DNA of 63,875 bases, the filler included, from Octopus bimaculoides (taxonomy: Eukaryota), in NCBI RefSeq assembly GCF_001194135.2. It is 6 parts of 5 records of this genome, joined end to end, with 100 filler letters (N's around TTAATTAATTAA, not from the genome) between each part and the next. Parts side by side here need not be neighbours in the genome. Positions count along the whole stretch, not along the records: positions 27,002 to 39,333 come from NC_068982.1; positions 39,434 to 56,034 come from NC_068982.1; 4 more parts are not named here. The stretch is one strand, 5' to 3'. A model generated the notes under the pieces. The model searched no databases, was not told the DNA's origin, and was given only the letters and a program-made list of their open reading frames with translations. The position numbers were made by a program, and so were the translations under genes. This document shows positions 27,059-39,597 of this stretch, one piece after another (the stretch's first letter is position 1; each line of letters opens with the position of its first letter).

Positions 27059-28186
27059 GTATGTATACACATATATATATATGTATATATATACACATGT
27101 ATGTATATATATATACATAAATGTCTAAACACTTACACATACACACGCACATAACTCCCACTTCACACACTCACATACAATTCGGGAAAACTATGATCTG
27201 TTTTGCGACACTCGCTCTACGGTTTAAATGATTTAAAGTTTCATTATGAGGTGAATTTCGACAAATGAATTTTTTAACAGGTCTTTTTTAATACAGAGCC
27301 ACTATAAAAACCAATTTTATATTGATAAAATATTCGTAAAAGAACTTATTTATTAAGTTATATTTAAACCCTTTCACAGGTGAACTTTATTATTTTAGAT
27401 ATATGATAAACATAGAAATAAATATAATTAAAAAAGTCAAAACTTTTAAGTTAATCAATAAAATGCATACTGTTGAATAAAAAATTCATGAATACGTTGT
27501 TTATATTTTAAACAATGCATCTGACAGTTCTGCTATATTTTCCCTAAAAGGTATAATACAATATAACTATTCTCTAGTGAAAATACGCATTTGCTCCATT
27601 CAAATAATTCCTTTGTCATCAAGAAGAAAACTTAAAGCTGCGAAAGACGTTTTTGACAGGACATATTTATTTTTACAACTAAATACATATAAATATTGCA
27701 AATTTCGTTTGTTTTCGTGCCATTGTAAATGGCCCAAAGGAAAATAACTGAATATAAAGAAAATTTTGTCAACAACATAATTAAAATTAAAATAATTTAG
27801 AGATATACACATTTAACAAAATATATAATAATACATTTTATAGAAAATAGACACAAAAATCGAAGGTGGACTAAAACAAATTGTAACTATGCTGTACATA
27901 CTTCTATAGACCACTATTAATTATTATTCTAATATACAATTATAAACATACTTCTACAAGAGAATACATAAAAGCTACCTTAATTATTACGTATATATAT
28001 ATACGTTTCTGGTTAGTCAGCGACCGATAGAACGGTCGTTAGTCATACAACCGACAGAACGGTCGTATGATCGGAGGACTTGCGTTATTAAAAATATCTC
28101 TATTCGTAGAATCAGTGAATACTTTATCTGCGCGGGCTAAAACTACGCACCCTTCTCCTCCATTAGTCATTTGAAGCTTAGACAGT

Positions 28187-28272
28187 GTCACGTGACAGTT
28201 AGCTGGCGCTCGCGCTGGCTGCCGGAGCCTACCTGCGAATATTTAAAGGGGAAATTTGGTAGGATGGTCATT
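28187..28272 (+). promoter_or_regulatory. Candidate Pol II promoter: GTCACGTGAC E-box, TATTTAAA at -30, TCATT initiator-like site
   Basis: CpG-rich island in an AT-rich background. TATA-like element starts at 28240 and the Inr-like A is at 28270. Confidence 0.4.
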
Positions 28273-28502
28273 CGCCCGCTGACATTCGTTGACGCTGCAT
28301 CGAAGAAAAGAATGAAAAAAAGGAAAAGGGAGAAAGAAAAAACGCACTCAACACCAGAGCTGAAGACACCTCCGAAAGGAAGCGGGGCCTGCCACGTCGA
28401 AAACGGTAGAGGAATAGGGGCCGAAACCGGACGTGGTTCCTCCTGATGATGTCTTTTGCCTGGATCCTATAAAGGAACTGTTGAGGTAGCGAACCACGAA
28501 GC

Positions 28503-28522
28503 ATGGCTGGAATTCCTGTAAG
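28503..28522 (+). CDS. Candidate short first coding exon (MAGIPV..), unidentified
   Basis: aagcATGG context and AAG|GTATT donor downstream of the candidate promoter. Upstream ATGs exist, and a minus-strand ORF (MAAPPAR..., 28348-28581) competes. Confidence 0.2.
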
Positions 28523-30789
28523 GTATTAACTTTTGATTTCAGTGACAGTTGTCTAGTATTTCTAGCAGGAGGAGCAGCCATATATATTCCCTCTTGTTTG
28601 CTTGCATCTTTAATGGCTTACATAATATGTAATTTATCAATTTATTTCAAACATTTAAATTCCTTATTATACGCGATCTAGTTATTTGGTAAACGTTAAT
28701 GCAAAATTAAATAATTTTCTATTTCACGCCCTTCAATTAACCATTCCGCTTCTTACTAATGCAATTAGAAACCAAAGCGAAAACTGTATTTTGTCACGAA
28801 AAATTAGCATGCAAATGTAGTTTTATATCCACACCTATCGATACTGTCATCGCCTGTTCCTTTGTTCATATCCTACACTTCAAACACAGTAACGTGACGG
28901 CTTATTATGAAGAAGAAATAATATGCACACACCAATTAAGTCGTTACAAACAAGAAACAATCAGTCATAAATATTAATTCTTTACGCCTCTAAACAAAAT
29001 TTATTATTCTCCTACGGCTCTATATTATTCATTGCATACAAATTAACTCATTTAACCCCACAAATCATCAATTATTTTATGAAACATTGATAGAAGCTAA
29101 TGCTATTGATTATAGACATGACCTAATCGCACGTCGAAGCCATAACATCGTTGGCATGTACTTTAAATACTGGTGTGTTCTGGTGTGTGCAATAACTACA
29201 AACAAATGTATGCATTCGTTGCGAATAGAAATAAATAGATAAAACAAACAAAAGTAAAAACGAAAGAGAAAGAAAACAATAACCGAAAGTGGATCATTAC
29301 AAACCATAACCAAACACCGTTTTGATACACCATAGGTATATTTATTTATTGGTTACTTTTAGCTGAATGATTATGAATGTCTTCAGAATAATTATGTATT
29401 GCTGAACTGTTTGTGAATCGTGATTCTCCATTGGCACCGCTGTTTCTAGTTTGATGATCTCACATGACGATAGCGCTTCCGAAATTTGCATCACAACGAC
29501 TAGGATTAAGAACTAGGATATACTTTAATCCAGACCATTTCTTCACACATTCGCAAAGCTCAAGTAATACCAATATTATAGTGATGCTGATATAGCTAAG
29601 AGTATGCTACTTCTACACAAACACAAAAACACATACAACGAAAATGTATTTAATAGAAGGCCGTGGAGAAATTCTCTTCGCAATTTAAAGCTAAACGTGT
29701 GTATTTGTATTAGGTTTATCATTCACAAAATTTTGATCGGACTTGGACTATAATAGAAGAAACGTGTCCAAGGTGTTGCTCAGTGGGATTGAACACAAGA
29801 CTACGTTGTTGTGAAGGAAGCATCTTACCACACAACCAGAAAGATCGTAACGTGTGTATATATGAATTAGATCGAGTTCATATAAAACCACAGATGAAAA
29901 TTGACCTCGACGGGACTCGATCATGCAACATTTTAGTCAAATGCAGTACTGTTGCGTCACGGGCTTGGAAATAATTTGCTTACACTTATTAATTTTTGTT
30001 AAAACTTTAGATAACCTCTCTTACTTTTCTGGATGAAAAGAGGGCCGCGAAATGGTGCTCCCAGGTGCAAAATTGTAATATTTACTTACTTTCGTGTCTT
30101 TTGTTTTCTGGAGTATATTGTAGCGTCGTTAACGACCATTGACGAATTCAGTGAGGTGGTAGCAGGAAGATCTCTACAAAAACAATGGTTACGACAATGG
30201 TTATACAATGCAAGGAAAACGAAGAAAAATAAAAGAAAGAAGACAGCAGATGTAATATGATTCGTGTCACCAGAGAAAGGATAGGCAACAACAGCTTCAG
30301 AAGCAGCAGCAGCAACATCAGCAACAGCATCATCATCAACAGCAACAACAACAACAACAACAACAACAGCAAATGCAACAACAACAACAACAACAAATGC
30401 AACAATATCAGTGGAGGGAACAATAAAGATAGCAAAGATGGTGGTTAGGGCGATTCCATAGCAAGCAATCGTTCGTTTGTATGGTTACGAAATCAGTTCA
30501 ATACCTCGCACATTCTCTAAACAAGATGGCTCACCTGACACAGGCGAAGCATCTCTGCTGGAGTTAATGGGAGGAGAGCACTATTTACAATCTCAGTACA
30601 GATTTTGTCAATAATTGCATAAATGATAGGAATGCATCACCAGAATGGATCGCCACGTGTCAGTTAAAACCCAGTAACAGGAAGCAGTAACACATATCCA
30701 GGTGGGAAGAACTCAGAAAGAAATACGGGCTGATCCCCTCACCAGGGCAAGGCTGTTCAGTGACATTCAGGTGTTCTTCAAGACTCAAT

Positions 30790-31036
30790 CCTTGCACTGA
30801 AGTACTCTAGCACCCATATACGATTGGAGCCTACTACCTCCCCATCGTATTTGGGAATAAGGACCCATGGCATTATGTGCCGCAATCGCCAAATTTGTTT
30901 TAAAATGGGAATATCTGAAATAAACTCGACTACTCTCACAAACGAGAATACTAAAAATGAACCCGACCACTCTCAAAGATTCAGTAAAAAAAAGGGAAAA
31001 ATAATCCTGAATCCTTGTCCGGTACCTGATCGATCC
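30790..31036 (-). repeat. Interspersed repeat, probable 3' part of a Helentron/DINE-like non-autonomous element
   Basis: Shares a 33-bp segment with 31686-31718. Family assignment is from recollection of similar elements. Confidence 0.35.
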
Positions 31037-31119
31037 CAATGGTAGTCATGGAATGTGAAAGTGGGTGCACGGGCCATGTTTGTAATGCTGTGTGTGTGTC
31101 ATCTGCAGCGGGAATAGGG

Positions 31120-31290
31120 ACAGATTTCTCTATGAAGGCCTTTTTTAGTCTATCCACTGATATAGTGTCTTTACGACCATTAAGGTCTATAGTGAAAAAT
31201 TTATCCGTGCGTGAAAGGAAACAGAATGGACCTGCGTACGGTGCTGTTAACGGAGGTTTAACAACATCGTTGCGCACAAAAAAGTGAGTC
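31120..31290 (-). mobile_element. Ty3/Gypsy integrase C-terminal fragment
   Basis: RNDVVKPPLTAPYAGPF..LSRTDKFFTIDLNGRKDTISVDRLKKAF, matching the PY.GPF...DRLK motif. Confidence 0.85.
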
Positions 31291-31685
31291 CAAGAAGTAA
31301 AGTTTCCTTCAAGGCAGAGCTAGAAATGCAATTGTCAAGTAGGTAAGAGGTTTTAAACAGGAGTAATATATTCAAAATTGGTAAAATTAAAAATTGTCGA
31401 GGATAAATAAAATTTACTATTGTTACTGAATATGTTAGTGTTATTTAATTTCTGAACGGTTTCGTTGACGTTCGTTTATGTAGTTTGATTTCTTTATCCA
31501 TCAGGTTCTACTAATATAGAGACGCGAGTAAAATTGATTACGGAGAAACGAAAATAAAACTTTGGAAACAGCAACGCCACCATAATTTACATGGAAACCA
31601 TGAGCGTGCTTTCAAGGGAGATAATCAGACAAAGGCTTGAAAGAACGTAAGATTGTAATACTTCATGTAAAGTAAATAAAACAAC

Positions 31686-31868
31686 TAATCCAGAATCCTT
31701 GTCCAGTACCAGATCGATACCTAAATCTAATCAGTTTGTGCTAGTCACGAGGCCAGACATCCCTGAATGTTTCATCCGAATCCATCCAGCGGTTCTTGTG
31801 ATATCTTGTTCACGGACAAACAAACACGGCTGAAAACAATACCACCGTCTTTGCTAAGGTGCAGGCAA
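31686..31868 (-). mobile_element. Helentron/DINE-like non-autonomous element 5' part
   Basis: Minus strand begins ttattgcctgcaccttagcaaagacggtggtattgttttc...gtttgtttgtccgtg, a degenerate short terminal IR plus GTTT microsatellite typical of DINE/HINE elements. Confidence 0.45.
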
Positions 31869-33154
31869 TAAATGTAAAAAAGTGAACGAGTTTATCAAAC
31901 ACCCCAATATGTATGCATTCATGCATGTGTGAATGTATGCGTATGTATGTAAAGAATACTTTTTTTTTAATACTCAATATAACTACATCTTCATTACATA
32001 ATTTTCGTTTCACTCTGGTATAAACGAGAATAACAACAAATAGGAATTTACCACAAAATACTGAATCCATCAATCAAATTCGTTGTCTAATGCGTAGAGC
32101 TTCATGTAAAAATATAAGACAGTAACTTACAAGATCCCTCAAATTATAATAATCATATTTCCATAGCTAAAACAAGTACTGAATTATAACACGACATGAA
32201 GTTTTCTATTAATTTCTCTAAACAAAAACCAAACACTAGAAGATAGAATAGAAGATTTTAATAAGATGTCTCCATGATTATGTGTGATATATGAGTGCTG
32301 AACAGTTTTGAAACCTGGTCTCTGTTAAAGGCATTTTTCATTTAAGTCACTAAATTTCTAAGTCAAATAGGAAAGGGATTCTCGCACTTAATATAAAGGA
32401 TATCTAACAAATCTATCGGAAAGATAGTATAATTCTATGGTAATGCAAAAATACGCAAAAATTCATTTGTCAAGTTACTGCATTTATTGATTTCTTTGAA
32501 TAAATATTCTATAATGGATTGCTTAACGATTTTTATACAATTTTTTCTACAATATGGAATATATACACATGTTATTTGATACGCATATTTTACCATTTGC
32601 ATTCATGGAATATGGTAGGAATTATATTTAATGCAAAAAGTATTTCCGAGCTATCCCATAATACAAAGAGCGTGATTGTCCATATTGAGTACTGTATTAG
32701 CTAAATCCTCATCTAAAATTAACATACTCCGGCTATTATTATCTTTGAAGTTCTGTTTTATACATTCATAAAAACAATTTACAAAATACATTGTCTATAT
32801 AGCATTCTTTAATAAAACAAAATTTCGTCATAAGTAAGAGAATCCTTAGTTTTACCTTGATATAAGTGGGTTAAACAATAAAAAAAAGTAATATACTTCA
32901 AGTGTGCAGAATAAACAAGAGAGTAATTCTCATAAATATTACGAGTCATTAAAGTAATTCCTTTCCAGTGATATTCCGAACAATTTCATAGGAAATATGC
33001 TGATGCGTAATGTCCAATATTGATTTCTCTGCGACTTTTCTTTTTATATGCTCAATTCCTTAACTTGTCTTGGCGATTGGACAATAGAAATCAATATTAT
33101 ATGTGTTATCAATGGGATCATCAATATTATCATTTTTATGATAATTTTGCATTA

Positions 33155-33222
<68 letters not shown>
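33155..33222. repeat. (TAT)n microsatellite
   Basis: Direct observation. Confidence 0.95.
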
Positions 33223-33224
<2 letters not shown>

Positions 33225-34544
33225 GTAATAACATTACACTAGCTATAGTTGCTGCTATTGTATCGATATTTGTGTAAAAGCTTTTCATTGATAGAGATGT
33301 CTCAAAGCTATATTGGGGATTTGAATTCATGAAAATTTCCGGTAAGGAGAGTATAACTTATAAAACAAATATATGCCTTTTGATAAATATATCACAATGC
33401 ATATTTTCTTACACGCACAGACGCATATACACACACAAAAATACGGAAGAATACATGTACATAAACAAACATACACACACACATTCATACACGCTTATGT
33501 AGATTATTATATACTTATGAATAATATACATATGTGTATGTGTATGTGTGTATATATGAAGGGGTTCATATATATATATATGTTTGTGTCTGTGAGTGTA
33601 TGAGTGTGTGTATGCTTGTATATACACGTACACACACATATATATTTTTATTCAAATTTTGTATTAGCTTGACAAGATTGTCGTTGTGCTGAACCAAGTG
33701 TGGTTTTATTTTTGTGAGGGTTGTTCTTTCAACCAAACTACACGCATTTCTATTTCTCTAGTTTTTTTTTTATTATTAATGAAGAAATACGTGAATAAAT
33801 TGGGTTGGCAAAGTCTATCATTATTCAGTTGTGGCCTTTTCCATAATTTCTCTGCAACAGAGATTTCTTCCATTCTGTGTCTAATATTTATGAGCTTGTT
33901 TTACTGTTTCCATGTCTATGAGTCAGAGTAGATGTGTTCCTGTTCTTTTTTTCTGTTGTTTTATTTTTATATACACAAAATGCCTGTTTTTCTTTTTCTT
34001 TATCAGAACATGTTTATAGAAACGTTTCTTCGAATTTCATGCTGTCGATAATTCAGAGGATTTAAATTAAGAAATAGTGTTGTAATGTGTATGCAAAAAT
34101 ATTCGTAAGCACATCGGAATTTGATTGGATGCCAGAAAACAGTGAGAAAATTGCCACACATATCATAAAGTGAAGACAAGATTGATTGATCTATTCAGAG
34201 GCGAAAGCTTATATATTCATGACCAAGGATCATGTGTAAAATATACGAAAGCAAAAACATGTATTTATTTATTGTAAATGAGGTTTGAGTGTTAAAAATA
34301 GCAATGACCTTTAGGCTTTCAAAATATGACCATCTTTTCTTTTATGGAAAACATCATTATAGGAGAAATACAACAATTCAAATATTGATGGAATAACTGG
34401 AAAGTGTACATTACTGTAACCCTATAACTTACAGTATTGGAATGGTATAATAGGATGTTTTACAGGACTAGGGGATAAATGATGTATGTCGCGCATTGCT
34501 GTAGGGAATACAGTAGTTCTGTTCTAATATTGTCTTTTATCTGT

Positions 34545-34681
34545 ATAATTGCTTCCCAACCACATGGTTCCGGTTCAGTTCGACTGCATTGCATGTTGGG
34601 TAAGTGTTTTCTACTATAGACTTGGGCCGACCAAAGCCTTGTGAGTGGATTTGATAGACGGAAACTGGAAGAAGCCCGTCG

Positions 34682-34752
<71 letters not shown>

Positions 34753-34995
34753 GTACGTAGATATGTATATATGCAGGTGTATGTGTTTGTGGTTGTCCCC
34801 TCCGCCATCGCTTGACGACCGATGGTGGTGTGTTTGTGTCCCTGTAGCTTAGTGGTTCTGCAAAAGGGACAGATAGAATAAGTACTAGGCATACAAAGAA
34901 TAAGTCCTGGGGGTCGATTTCTTCGACTAACACCCTTTTAGGTGGTGCTCCAGCATGGCTGCAGTCAAATGACTCAAAAACTTAAAGAATAAAAG
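34545..34995 (+). mobile_element. Family B SINE (5'-truncated head)
   Basis: Homologous to 7120-7520. Confidence 0.88.
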
Positions 34996-35705
34996 AAATT
35001 GTTGTTATACCATCCACTAAATTCCAGATTTTCTTGAAGAGTAACGATATGAGTGGAATTTCTGAGTGTCTCAATGTACGAAAATCGTGTTTTGATGGAA
35101 TCAGTAAGTCATTTATAACATTTGTTTCGCTGTTGTTTGCAAGAACATCCATAAAACAAAACATATAGCGTTAAGTTATGCTTTCTGGTAAATGTCACAT
35201 TCGACAGAGCTGTGTTTCACCCGTTTACGTGTTGTGTTTAAAATCCACTGGGAATCAGTTTTATAATTCATCATTCTTGATTCAATAAAATAAGTTGTAA
35301 TGAAGTTCTAAGATCGTATTCTGTGCCTGCTGATATTGTTAAAATGATTGTAATCCATGCCTCGAATTAGTACGGAGAACGAAATTATATTTATGATTTA
35401 ATAGATATATATATTCCGAGTTTAATTCAGGAAAGATTAAAATTTGTCTTCTGTGATATAACACTGATTTCTCAGCCATGGAGTTCATAATTTATTTCTT
35501 TTCAAAAGAGGCCTGCTGCATAATCAAAAGAAGCTACTAATTTATGGGTGCCATAACCAATTAGTGACCTGAAATCGCGCTTTTATTTCTATTTTTGCTG
35601 AATCTTGCCGTATGTAAATGTATCAGTATCGTAATCTCCCATTATCTGCTGAATATATTGAATTTAAATTGAGTCTCCTTTCTAAATATTTCATTTCTGT
35701 GAATT

Positions 35706-36480
35706 GCTAGTAAGGACACATTATTTCGTTTTGCAACGGTAATACTCTAGCAAGTATATTTAAAGTTTACAAGTCAATTTTGTGCCGATTGTACTAGCAA
35801 TGCGATGTTCTCATTCTAAAGTTTACCGCTACAAGTTTTCTATATAATTCAGAGCCAGCATTGAAAACTTTATATGTTTCGTATACGAATACGTTTAAAT
35901 AAATAATCCAGTTGAGTGTATATGCATATTTCAAGAGTTGTTGCACTTTCATCAGCCTTACATCCAACCCATCAACTATCTAGGAACGCATTGCTTAAAC
36001 ACTCACTTAGTTTACCGATGTAACACTATTAGATATATAAACTTACATAATAAACACGTTCCTGGCTGTTGGTACGTAAATATTAATAGCTAGCAAGGAC
36101 ACAGTATTTCGTTTTGAAATCATAATATACTTCCAAGTATATTAAATTTTTGTAAGACAATATTGTGCGTTTTATGTTAGCAGTGCGATATTCTCAATTT
36201 AAGCCTACTTCTACGGATTTTCTATAGAATTCAGAGCCAGCACCAGACGTTAAGATGCTTCGTGTACGAATCCGTCTTCGTAAACAATGCGATCGACGAT
36301 AGGAAATGTATGTAATGGGTATATATACATATTTCAAGAGTTCTTGGGCTTTTAACACCACATCAAACTCATCAACTACCCACGAACACATTACGTAAAT
36401 ACCCACCAAGTTTAGCGGTGTAACATTTTTGGCTTGACAAATTTAAATACATTCTTGGCAGCTGGTACGGACGCTAGCAC
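35706..36480. repeat. Diverged tandem duplication, unit about 384 bp
   Basis: Units start gctagtaaggacaca (35706), gctagcaaggacaca (36089) and gctagc (36473), with collinear shared blocks. Confidence 0.8.
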
Positions 36481-36769
36481 TGTGTATATATGGATTTCTG
36501 TGTATTCTTGTTTATTTCTGTGAGTGAATGTATGTATGGATGTGTAGCAAGGACGTAGTTTCATATGGGCCATATTGCTATTTTCTTTTAGTTGTTATAT
36601 CTTACCAAAACGTACGAAATCAATGCAATACATGTTCCGTTTCAAAACCTAAAATCATCGCCTGTAAGGAATATTCAGATGCAGTGTGTAACTCTGGCAT
36701 ATCAAGCAAATGGATATACTGTTCTCTTGTTCTTTGCGCCCTTTTGAAAATTCAACCATTTTACTGCAA

Positions 36770-37052
36770 ATATTGTTGTTTGTTACTTCTGGAGCTCATA
36801 AGGGCCAGTTTCCCGGTTACATTGGCGTATAGATTCCCCACTGGGACGCCGGTCCGTCGCGAGTAAACTGCTAGATGCAGGAGGAAAGAGTGAGAGAAAG
36901 TGGTGGCGAAAGAGTTAACAGAGGTTCGCCATTACCTTCTGCCGGAGCTTCGGTGTATCGCTCATAAACACAAACATCGCCTGGTATGAGATTCGAATCC
37001 GCGATCACTCGTCTGCCAGTCTGCTGTTCTAACCACTAGGCCATGTGCCTCC
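36770..37052 (-). mobile_element. tRNA-derived SINE, family D
   Basis: Minus-strand head ggaggcacatggcctagtggttag...ggattcgaatc contains A and B boxes. Confidence 0.8.
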
Positions 37053-37065
37053 CCACTGGAAATAT

Positions 37066-37281
37066 TCTTTTCTATTCTAGGAACACGGCCCGAAATTTTT
37101 GGGAAGGGCCAGTCTATTAGATCGACAGCAGTACGCAACTGGTACTTAATCTATCGACACCGAAGGGATGGAAAGCAAAGTCGACCTCGGCGGAATTTGA
37201 ACTCAGAACGTAAAGACAGACGGAATACGCTAAGCATTTCGCCCGGCGTGCTCACGTTTCTGCCAGCTCACCGCCTTTCCA
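37066..37281 (-). mobile_element. Family C SINE with 12-bp TSD cactggaaatat
   Basis: TSD copies at 37054-37065 and 37282-37293. Confidence 0.92.
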
Positions 37282-38372
37282 CACTGGAAATATCAGGACT
37301 AATTAAATATTTATAAGATTTCATGACTCAGTTGAGACCCAGATCTTCATACCTCAACATTGGCAAGGAATTGTCTCTAAGGTAATGAAGAAACAAGAAC
37401 CTAACACAATTCTAAATGATAGTTAGTTTCACATTTCATATTATTGTTATTGTTTACCGCCGAGTTATGCCTCATAGAGAATAACTTTGACGAAAGGTGT
37501 TACACACATAGCCTTGTCTTTTTGAAAACATTTCATATCAATCTTTACATTACCCTATGTGTTCGAAATAAAAGACAACGGATGTATGGTATCAGTGACA
37601 TTTAACTGAAGAACTCTGATGTGTATATATGTAGATATACTTATATATTTATATATACGACCTCTATGTCTTCTCATATGACTCTTCAGTTCCGTTGCAG
37701 ATCTGCAATGTTTGAAGCATAAGTTACTGATGAAAATTACAAATTACTGTGCGCATCTAACTGGATAAGTCTCCGCACATCACCTACTTTTCAGTAGGAT
37801 TTCAATAGATGCAACGAAAATGAAGTCACCACAGAGACGTCAGCACGTCATTGGATTATAATGATGAACGCTTGTACAACACGAGAACCACTCTTTAGGT
37901 TTCTGTGATTAGTACTGAGTGAAAGACAGGAGGGCGATGACCAATGATCATGTGAAATCGCAGGTTTTACATTAGTGAATCCATCTCAAGTCGGATGCTC
38001 TGACAATCGCTAGTGGTCCCTAACTTCCTGTAGTTTAACTGCACAGCCTGACATTAACCAAGGGTAATTGTGCGTCCCCGCGTTCAGATAGATTGTCATC
38101 GCATATGGTAGTTAATCCATAGCTGAGACCTTGATAGGTGTTTCTACTCCGGGTCAGATTAGACATGGGACAATAGGGACCAAGAGGTGCTTCCACATCC
38201 CTCGAAACACTGGAGCTCCCAAATCAGAGCCTCCATTTTGGATGAACTTAAAGGCACACAGAACACACACGCCCACACACGCCCACGCACGCCCACACAC
38301 ACATACACACACACACACACATCTATACGTACACGAATAGATGTATAATATTTATACGTGTACGTGTGTATG

Positions 38373-38409
<37 letters not shown>

Positions 38410-38413
38410 AATG

Positions 38414-38466
<53 letters not shown>

Positions 38467-39484
38467 ATGTGTGTGCGTGTGTGTATGTGTGTGTAAATTA
38501 ATATTTTACAATTTCATATTATTTAATCTACTAATGCAACTGATAGACTTTTTAGATGGATAGAGAAAAAAGATAAAGAAACTAAAATAATAGTAAATAA
38601 CGAATTTCTAAAACGCTAGTGTTTGTATTGGAATTTACGAATGTTACCAATGTTGTTGGCTCTCTGTAGGAACGTTGATTACTGACCAATGCAATAATGT
38701 TACATGATTTATTGCAATTTTTAATGTAGCAGTTTATTATTTCGTATAATAAACGTTGTATTCAGATGGGTTTTTTTTCCAGGTTCAGTTATATATATTT
38801 TTAGGATCGGTTATATAATCTATAGCCAATATACTGGTAATGGAAGCTGTTGAACAATCACATACATATATACATACACATCCATATCCACACATACATT
38901 CACTCACAAACATAAACAAGAATACACCGAAATCCATATAGACACAGTGCCATAGGTTAGAGTTTTAAAAACATAATATGAAGCGTTGTAATTTATATCG
39001 ATTTCACGACACAGATACTCCCAAAATAATACAAAAAAATTACATGTAAAGAAATAAAACAATAACAAGTGAATTAAGCTTAGATAACATCTGTGATCCA
39101 TAAATAGATAATTTCACGTTATTGTGTAACCGTAAATCGAAGATCCGAATGAATAAAATGTAGTTTTTAAATGTAAACAGAGTTGAAATAAGAAGGCAGT
39201 CCATAGTCAAAAATAAACTCAAACAGTCGCTCATAATTTTCTACAAAACACCATGTCGTGTAGAAGGTCTTCATATCTCGATTTTCTTTTCATCTTAATA
39301 TTTGCATATATACATACATATATATGTATGTATNNNNNNNNNNNNNNNNNNNNNNNNNNNNNNNNNNNNNNNNNNNNTTAATTAATTAANNNNNNNNNNN
39401 NNNNNNNNNNNNNNNNNNNNNNNNNNNNNNNNNATGTATGTATGTATGTATACTTTATTAAAAGCAGCAGAAATATCACAAAAA

Positions 39485-39522
39485 CTGTTACTCAGAGTTT
39501 CACATTCCTGTTCGTCGGACGG
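39485..39522 (-). ncRNA. Minimal type I hammerhead ribozyme-like motif (U4C core variant)
   Basis: Minus strand: CCGT-CCGACGA-ACA GGAA TGT-GAA-ACT CTG AGT-A-ACAG. Stems II and III pair, and a GUA cleavage triplet is present. Confidence 0.6.
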
Positions 39523-39558
39523 TATTTGTACCTTGTTTCACATTTATCTGCTAACTCC

Positions 39559-39597
<39 letters not shown>

